DNA of 5,950 nucleotides from a virus: positions 1 through 5,950 of the IMG/VR virus record IMGVR_UViG_3300020029_000036; one strand, written 5' to 3'. Position 1 is the first letter of the stretch; the number at the start of each line of letters is the position of its first letter. Below, piece by piece: positions 1 to 4,640 of this stretch. A program made the position numbers and the translations under genes. The notes beneath the pieces are model-generated. The model saw nothing but the letters and a program-made list of their open reading frames with translations, was not told the origin of the DNA and made no database searches.

Positions 1-121
1 GCACCGGAAGAAGCAGCCGACTGACCAAGAGCCTGACCAAAAGAGGCGGGAGCGACAACAGGAGCAGGCATACTAAATGTTCGTTAAATTGTTAGAACGA
101 ATAATATAATCAACACGAACA
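1..121. repeat. Terminal redundancy, left copy. Exact duplicate of 5830..5950, created by linearising a circular 5829-nt genome. Contains the first 71 nt (minus strand, ATG at 71..69) of the VP2 gene and the 3' end of the 100-aa ORF.
   Basis: Base-by-base comparison: 1..121 (gcaccggaagaagcagccgactgacc...caacacgaaca) matches 5830..5950, offset 5829. Confidence 0.97.
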
Positions 122-375
122 GTATCGATGTGAACACCACTGCGCTGCATCCTAGCCTGAGCCGAACAAGACGCAAGAAAAAACGCAGATAAAGCGGCTA
201 TTATAGATGAAATAAGAGTCCAAAATGCTTTAGACTTATAGAAAGGTTGTTTAGTAGCAGACATAAAAGTAAAATTTAAAGAACGATAGAAAAATGCGCG
301 GCCTCTCCAGCAGTCGTTACCAATAACCTTCAGCAATTCACGAACTCTTACCGAAGGGGTCCGCGCACGTAGCAT
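73..375 (-). CDS. Small membrane protein, 100 aa. Arg-rich N-terminal 37 aa, one hydrophobic helix (about aa 50-68) ending in a lipobox-like L-A-S-C (aa 67-70, nt 166..177), and a 30-aa C-terminal tail. An alternative start at M38 (ATG 264..262) would give a 63-aa lipoprotein precursor. Function unknown; candidate lysis or exclusion protein.
   Basis: Open frame on the coding strand. It sits 22 nt after the upstream ORF stop, and its stop is 1 nt before the VP2 ATG (TAGTATG). Hydrophobic stretch AFWTLISSIIAALSAFFLA followed by C. CTT GCG TCT TGT verified at 177..166. Confidence 0.55.
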   Translation of the reverse strand: MLRARTPSVRVRELLKVIGNDCWRGRAFFYRSLNFTFMSATKQPFYKSKAFWTLISSIIAALSAFFLASCSAQARMQRSGVHIDTVRVDYIIRSNNLTNI

Positions 376-397
376 ATATCGTCAAGTAAAGTTAGTA

Positions 398-694
398 CTA
401 TTTTTCTTCAGAATTAGAGGGTTTCGAGGTATGCTTCGATCTATCTAACTCTGAATCAATAAGTTCCTGACCAACCTCGAGGCCATCAAACTTATCCATA
501 CGAGAATATGAGTTAGGGTCAAAATCAATTTCGGGATTAAACCTCTCGCCCTTATCAAAATCAGAGGGTTCTACCAGTACGTCTGGACGACCAGGAAGAA
601 CATCAACAGAACCAGAACCATCGAGAACAGAGAGAATACGTTGACCACGAGAAACGTAGGCAGGAGCATCCTCAAGAAGCCAATCAAGTGCCAT
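398..694 (-). CDS. Hypothetical acidic protein, 98 aa, D/E-rich, immediately downstream of the capsid gene. Possible scaffolding-type protein (inference only).
   Basis: ATG lies 12 nt after the VP1 stop, on the same strand as all hallmark genes. No competing ORF other than an antisense one. Confidence 0.6.
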   Translation of the reverse strand: MALDWLLEDAPAYVSRGQRILSVLDGSGSVDVLPGRPDVLVEPSDFDKGERFNPEIDFDPNSYSRMDKFDGLEVGQELIDSELDRSKHTSKPSNSEEK

Positions 695-706
695 AAAATC
701 AATATA

Positions 707-2497
707 TTAGCGGTTAGACAAACGGGTAGCAAATGTTTTATTTACCAAATTCTTCTTCTGAATAGAATACGAAAGATTGACGAAGAAATTGTCTTCTCTC
801 TTAGAGGCGAACGGCGAGTTCACTTGATCCATATCCACAAACAAGAGACTGTAGTACTTATTGTAGCTCGCCGACAAAACACGCTGTTGAACCCAATAAG
901 AATAAAGGGGTACGGTGGTAGCAGAGACTTGGAATCGAGACAGCTGACCAAGAACCTCATCGTAAGAGGATCGAAATTCGTTAAAACACGGTTCGTAAGC
1001 CACGGCTTCCGAGGCTGAAGTTGTTCCAAAACCAAACTGAAATCCAGGAACGTCCTGATATCCAATGTCGTTATAGATCGGATTGAAATAGTCGGGACCA
1101 GTGTAATGAAGATAATCGGGATAAACACCAGCCCAATAGTAAACAGGACGAATGCTCAGCATGTCGATCATATAACCAGGTTCACGGAAATAGTAGGATT
1201 GACGACGACCGAGGCGCTCATTAAAGGCTATAGCGCCGCCTTGCTGGCCAAGAGGTCCGTTACTAGGAGAAGGGGAGAAATTGTTTTGTCCCGACTGACT
1301 CATAACAATCTGTACATTGACGGTCTGGGAGGCACTAAAGAGAAGCTTCGGGCGATCAACGTGCTCAATCTTAGAAGCAAAAAACGTCTCTAACCAATCA
1401 CTATAACGACTACCGCCAGCGCCAAGCAAATCCTTGTATTCCTGAAGTCGAGAAGCAATGGCCAGCTGCGGTATGGTAGAAACGCCAGACATAGAAACAC
1501 CATCAGAGCTACCAACAGGAAGCAGGCGGCTATAACGATCAGGATTCGAAGGCACGACGGCCATCGGGTGAGAAATAAGAAATGCTCCGAGCGTAGTGAC
1601 GGTTGTGGTACCAGCATCAACAGCGTATTGATCCGATGGACCTGCGGTGGTCAATGAGGTGCTACCGGGATAGATAGTAGAGACGGGGTAACCATTCTTA
1701 GAAGCAGTAATCGTGGCACCGAGATCCGAAAGAACTATCTGAGAGAAAAGATTTCCTCTATTATACGTATTATTCGAAGACGGCACGGCCGAAGGATAAA
1801 ACTGACTCTCGAAGTAGGCATCCAGGAACTCGAGGTTGCCAAACCTTTGCGAAAAGAACGTCGACTCGTCTCCAAACTGAAGAACATTATACGCAGAACC
1901 AGCACTATTGGGAATAAAATACCAAGTACTGGGCCAAGCAAAAGAGTAGAGACCCCACTGGGAGTAACTGTAGTAATTGCGAACGATATCCCAATAGGCG
2001 AGATAAGTGTCGGCGGTACACCAACCTAAAGGATACGTCAACTGAGCGGCCGAGAGATTCGGCGACATGGGGACATTACTGGAGGTTGGCGTCGGGATAG
2101 AAGCAGGAATGATGCGCAACCAACGAAGAAGTGAATTGGAATAGGGATAGTTATTGGTGGTATACGCATAAGACCCGGTCGACGAGGCGGCAACAAAGTT
2201 TAAACTCAATTCATTCATATCGAACTTACTGCTATTCGTCCTCATCTCGGGATGATAAAGCTGCAACGGCACCCAAAAACGATGAAGCCGAACAGTGTAG
2301 GGGTTGAATGTCGGAACGGCAAGGGGATTGCTACGAACGTCAATACCCTGCTCGATAGACACACGATCGCGAGCATTAATAAAATCAATCCGCACCGGAT
2401 ACAAAATACCCGGTGTGCACGTAAAAGCTTTGCTCTCAGGAACATCGTAACGAGAGTAGCCGTTCACGGCGTGAGAAATAAAAGGTTGTTTTCCCAT
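707..2497 (-). CDS. VP1: Microviridae major capsid protein (VP1 / F-like), 596 aa.
   Basis: The N-terminal pattern YDVPESKAFTCTPGILYPVRIDFINARDRV...VRSNPLAVPTF...VRLHRFWVPLQLY matches the F-protein N-terminal signature (FD.S....T...G.L.P......PGD...R..P...P......FFVP.R). LAYWDIVRNYY and RLQEYKDLLGAGGSRYSDWLETFFASKIEHVDRPKLL match conserved capsid blocks. Size is typical of non-phiX microviruses. Confidence 0.95.
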   Translation of the reverse strand: MGKQPFISHAVNGYSRYDVPESKAFTCTPGILYPVRIDFINARDRVSIEQGIDVRSNPLAVPTFNPYTVRLHRFWVPLQLYHPEMRTNSSKFDMNELSLNFVAASSTGSYAYTTNNYPYSNSLLRWLRIIPASIPTPTSSNVPMSPNLSAAQLTYPLGWCTADTYLAYWDIVRNYYSYSQWGLYSFAWPSTWYFIPNSAGSAYNVLQFGDESTFFSQRFGNLEFLDAYFESQFYPSAVPSSNNTYNRGNLFSQIVLSDLGATITASKNGYPVSTIYPGSTSLTTAGPSDQYAVDAGTTTVTTLGAFLISHPMAVVPSNPDRYSRLLPVGSSDGVSMSGVSTIPQLAIASRLQEYKDLLGAGGSRYSDWLETFFASKIEHVDRPKLLFSASQTVNVQIVMSQSGQNNFSPSPSNGPLGQQGGAIAFNERLGRRQSYYFREPGYMIDMLSIRPVYYWAGVYPDYLHYTGPDYFNPIYNDIGYQDVPGFQFGFGTTSASEAVAYEPCFNEFRSSYDEVLGQLSRFQVSATTVPLYSYWVQQRVLSASYNKYYSLLFVDMDQVNSPFASKREDNFFVNLSYSIQKKNLVNKTFATRLSNR

Positions 2498-2500
2498 AAA

Positions 2501-3571
2501 TTAAATAATTAGTTGAAGTTTATAATGATCACTCCAAAACTGGAGAATGTCCATATCCAGCCAAGCAGGGGGATCGAAATCGGGCATCTTACGAGAGGAA
2601 GCAGAGAAGCGCATCATTTGCTTTTGCTCCCACGAATATACCGCTCTACGGGATACGGCGGAATCGAGGGAGAACCGCTTAACACACAGAGAAGCAATAC
2701 GTTGAACCAAAGAAGACTTGCTAAAACGTGCGTAAGCATCAGCAGCGGCAACCGAACGAGTAACTTCGTCTTCCGGTTTAAGATATCTAAGATAGTAGCG
2801 AGGGATCGAGTAGTTATAGCTAATCCGCCTTTCAGGATCAAAGTAAGACCACGACGAAACGCGAGCAGAAGGACGAGGCATGTAGCCAAGAAAATCACCA
2901 ACGCCAGCAGATACGAATTTTCGCGTATAACGGCGATGTTGGAGGAGGCAAGATAAAGGTGTAGGATTTCCATTTACGGTAACATATTTATCCGAAATTT
3001 CTTCGGGATTGAACTGAATTTGCTTAGTAACATATTTAACACAGTACCGAGCGCGCTTGTGGGTGGCCTTCGCTAGCCAAACAAAGCCAAGATCTCGAAC
3101 AGCGGAGCGAATAGTATTATAAAGAGTATTCGTAGAAAACAGGAAACCATGAAAATGTAATCGAGGTTCACTTCCCGTCTCAGGGTGAGTACCAAACTCC
3201 TGAAAGAAGGCGTGCTTAAACGAATGACCGAGCTTATGGCGCAAACGCTCGTTGAATCGACGAATGAACCGAGAAGGATCGAGTAACGCTTCGTTATAAT
3301 ACTGCGGAGCAATAGTTATAGTGATAAAAATAGCCTGCTGGCCATTAGCCTTACAACTGGCTAGCTCCCGCTCTAAGCGAACAAACCAATCATTGCGCTG
3401 GCGGCGCAGACAGTCCTCGCATTTACCGCACGGAACCATAAGCCATTGACGAGCGATGTCCCAAGGGCGGAGAGCTAAGGCCGACTTAGCAACATCGGAA
3501 CCATCTCGGCAAGGGTTCTTTTTGTCGAAATAGCGACGATTACGTATCCATATGGGAGATGAGCAGGCCAT
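2501..3571 (-). CDS. VP4: Rolling-circle replication initiator, HUH endonuclease (VP4 / A-like), 356 aa.
   Basis: Motif I-like FITITIAP (aa 82-89). HUH motif H139-F-H141 (CAT TTT CAT verified at 3157..3149). Catalytic tyrosine pair Y176-C-V-K-Y180-V-T-K (TAC TGT GTT AAA TAT verified at 3046..3032), as in phiX174 A (YVAKYVNK). N-terminal PCGKCEDCLRRQRNDW Cys cluster typical of gokusho-like VP4. Confidence 0.93.
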   Translation of the reverse strand: MACSSPIWIRNRRYFDKKNPCRDGSDVAKSALALRPWDIARQWLMVPCGKCEDCLRRQRNDWFVRLERELASCKANGQQAIFITITIAPQYYNEALLDPSRFIRRFNERLRHKLGHSFKHAFFQEFGTHPETGSEPRLHFHGFLFSTNTLYNTIRSAVRDLGFVWLAKATHKRARYCVKYVTKQIQFNPEEISDKYVTVNGNPTPLSCLLQHRRYTRKFVSAGVGDFLGYMPRPSARVSSWSYFDPERRISYNYSIPRYYLRYLKPEDEVTRSVAAADAYARFSKSSLVQRIASLCVKRFSLDSAVSRRAVYSWEQKQMMRFSASSRKMPDFDPPAWLDMDILQFWSDHYKLQLII

Positions 3572-3771
3572 TAGAAAAAGCTTCGTAGGATATCAAATTT
3601 GATACTAGGATGATCAAGACGGCAGCGAATAAGATAATCATTTGCAGGCTCTTCATCGGAGAACCAAGCAATAATAACGCGCTTCTTACCGCGATACGCC
3701 GCAACAGAGAAACGGTAGGAAATATTGTTAATTACAGGGGAAAAACGAGGGCGAAAATCAAAATAATCCAT
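3571..3771 (-). CDS. Hypothetical protein, 66 aa. Its stop overlaps the VP4 start by 1 nt (TAATG).
   Basis: Coding-strand ORF beginning directly after the structured intergenic region. The TAATG junction with VP4 suggests translational coupling. Confidence 0.6.
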   Translation of the reverse strand: MDYFDFRPRFSPVINNISYRFSVAAYRGKKRVIIAWFSDEEPANDYLIRCRLDHPSIKFDILRSFF

Positions 3772-3785
3772 AAAAAAAGTATATA

Positions 3786-3863
3786 CGGGTTAAATGGAAG
3801 AACCCGCAGGGGGGTACCTTACCGCTTCGCGGTGGCCACAGCCTTCGGCTGTCCCCTGGGGTT
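3786..3863. other. GC-rich nested stem-loop element in the 137-nt intergenic region 3772..3908. Hairpin 1: 3786..3791 pairs with 3801..3806, with a 9-nt loop. An outer stem (3807..3812 with 3853..3858) encloses hairpin 2 (3821..3825 with 3829..3833) and hairpin 3 (3838..3843 with 3847..3852). Candidate complementary-strand origin and/or transcription terminator.
   Basis: Complementarity checked base by base. The region is visibly more GC-rich than the rest of the genome and lies in the largest non-coding gap. Confidence 0.6.
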
Positions 3864-3908
3864 CGATTAATTTAAAGAACTTTTCCACCAAGCGGACGGG
3901 TTACTACT

Positions 3909-4232
3909 CTAGTTCCCTTTCCTTTCTTCTTCCGACGGGCTTTCATTGCGATCGATATTAAAATCAAACATAAGAACAAGTGTGTTGTCGAAAAACTCAA
4001 CCGAGAACTTCGGGTAAGAAGCCAGGGTCGCCACGAAGCCGGCGACTGACTGGTGCTTGACGTAGGGTGATTTCGAAATATCCGAAGTCAAGAAATAATC
4101 AAAAACAGGAGTGTCCGAAAGAATATCAAGAGGCAGCTGCGAAAACTGGCCATCCTTAATACAGCCGACCTGGACGAGGTCAATGTCAAGAGCCGGATTT
4201 ACACGGCGAAGAACAACATGAATCTGTGTCAT
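3909..4232 (-). CDS. Hypothetical protein, 107 aa, with an acidic C-terminal tail (ESPSEEERKGN).
   Basis: Coding-strand ORF starting 11 nt after the upstream ORF stop. No recognisable motif. Confidence 0.65.
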   Translation of the reverse strand: MTQIHVVLRRVNPALDIDLVQVGCIKDGQFSQLPLDILSDTPVFDYFLTSDISKSPYVKHQSVAGFVATLASYPKFSVEFFDNTLVLMFDFNIDRNESPSEEERKGN

Positions 4233-4243
4233 AACAACATAAT

Positions 4244-4561
4244 TTAAAATTCCTTTCGAAGATTAATACAAAAACGACGCCAGTCGGAAGAAATGCCGGA
4301 CCAAAAGTCGAGGCCTTCAGGCGTTCTGTTAAATACAAAACTGCTAGTAATAAGATCGCTTATACCGAGACTAGACGCGAGAAGCAGAATACGAATTTGG
4401 CAGCGAAGCGAATCCCGAAATGAGATAACAACATCCTTAGTCAAGCTGTAATTCGACTTAAAGGCGGAAAACACCCCTCGACGACAAAGCCACTCGATAA
4501 ACAGGTGCTCTACGAAATCGACCGGCAATTCACTAATACTTGAATCTTTGTTCTTTTTCAT
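4244..4561 (-). CDS. Hypothetical protein, 105 aa, from MKKNKD (ATG 4561..4559). The frame stays open upstream to an ATG at 4693 (149 aa), which would overlap the VP2 3' end by 53 nt. C-terminal Trp/Phe-rich motif FVFNRTPEGLDFWSGISSDWRRF.
   Basis: Coding-strand ORF. I prefer the shorter start because the extension runs through the promoter-like intergenic region and into VP2. The start remains ambiguous. Confidence 0.6.
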   Translation of the reverse strand: MKKNKDSSISELPVDFVEHLFIEWLCRRGVFSAFKSNYSLTKDVVISFRDSLRCQIRILLLASSLGISDLITSSFVFNRTPEGLDFWSGISSDWRRFCINLRKEF

Positions 4562-4586
4562 AATAATGTGGTTATTGGTTACGATG

Positions 4587-4617
4587 CAAACGTACAACGC
4601 AGGGCCCAAAATGCAAA
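4587..4617 (-). promoter_or_regulatory. Candidate Bacteroidetes-type promoter. On the minus strand, TTTG (4617..4614), a 19-nt spacer, then TACGTTTG (4594..4587), about 25 nt upstream of the ATG at 4561.
   Basis: The plus strand reads caaacgta-N19-caaa. Among the TAnnTTTG matches I found by eye, this is the only one in a non-coding gap and the only one with a correctly spaced -33 TTTG. Confidence 0.4.
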
Positions 4618-4640
4618 GTTCAAAAAGTCGAAAAAGTTGT

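Noticed and set aside
97-118. The coding-strand sequence GTTGATTATATTATTCG (also at 5926..5947) vaguely resembles the phiX174/G4 plus-strand origin core CAACTTGATATTAATAAC.
   Set aside because: Only a short run, TTGAT plus AT-rich bases, is shared. The region is AT-rich coding sequence (DYIIRSNN), and this level of similarity is expected by chance. The true Rep nick site cannot be called from sequence alone.
487-494. Additional TAnnTTTG matches on the coding strand: TAAGTTTG at 494..487 and TATGTTTG at 3972..3965.
   Set aside because: Both lie inside ORFs and lack a TTTG element at a 19-21 nt spacing upstream. They are likely chance matches, though weak internal promoters cannot be excluded.
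3860-3868. GGTTCGATT, resembling a tRNA T-loop, next to the hairpin cluster. I considered a tRNA or tRNA-like gene.
   Set aside because: The flanking bases (CTGGG / AATTT) cannot form a T-stem. No acceptor stem, D-arm or anticodon arm of proper geometry can be drawn on either strand. The three helices do not fit cloverleaf spacing.
3785-3903. 8-nt direct repeat ACGGGTTA at 3785..3792 and 3896..3903 flanking the GC-rich structured core. I considered iterons, or a target-site duplication of an inserted element.
   Set aside because: A single 8-mer repeat within a 137-nt region has a non-trivial chance probability, roughly 0.1 by my rough estimate. There are no terminal inverted repeats or other mobile-element features. 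It is worth re-checking only if conserved in relatives.
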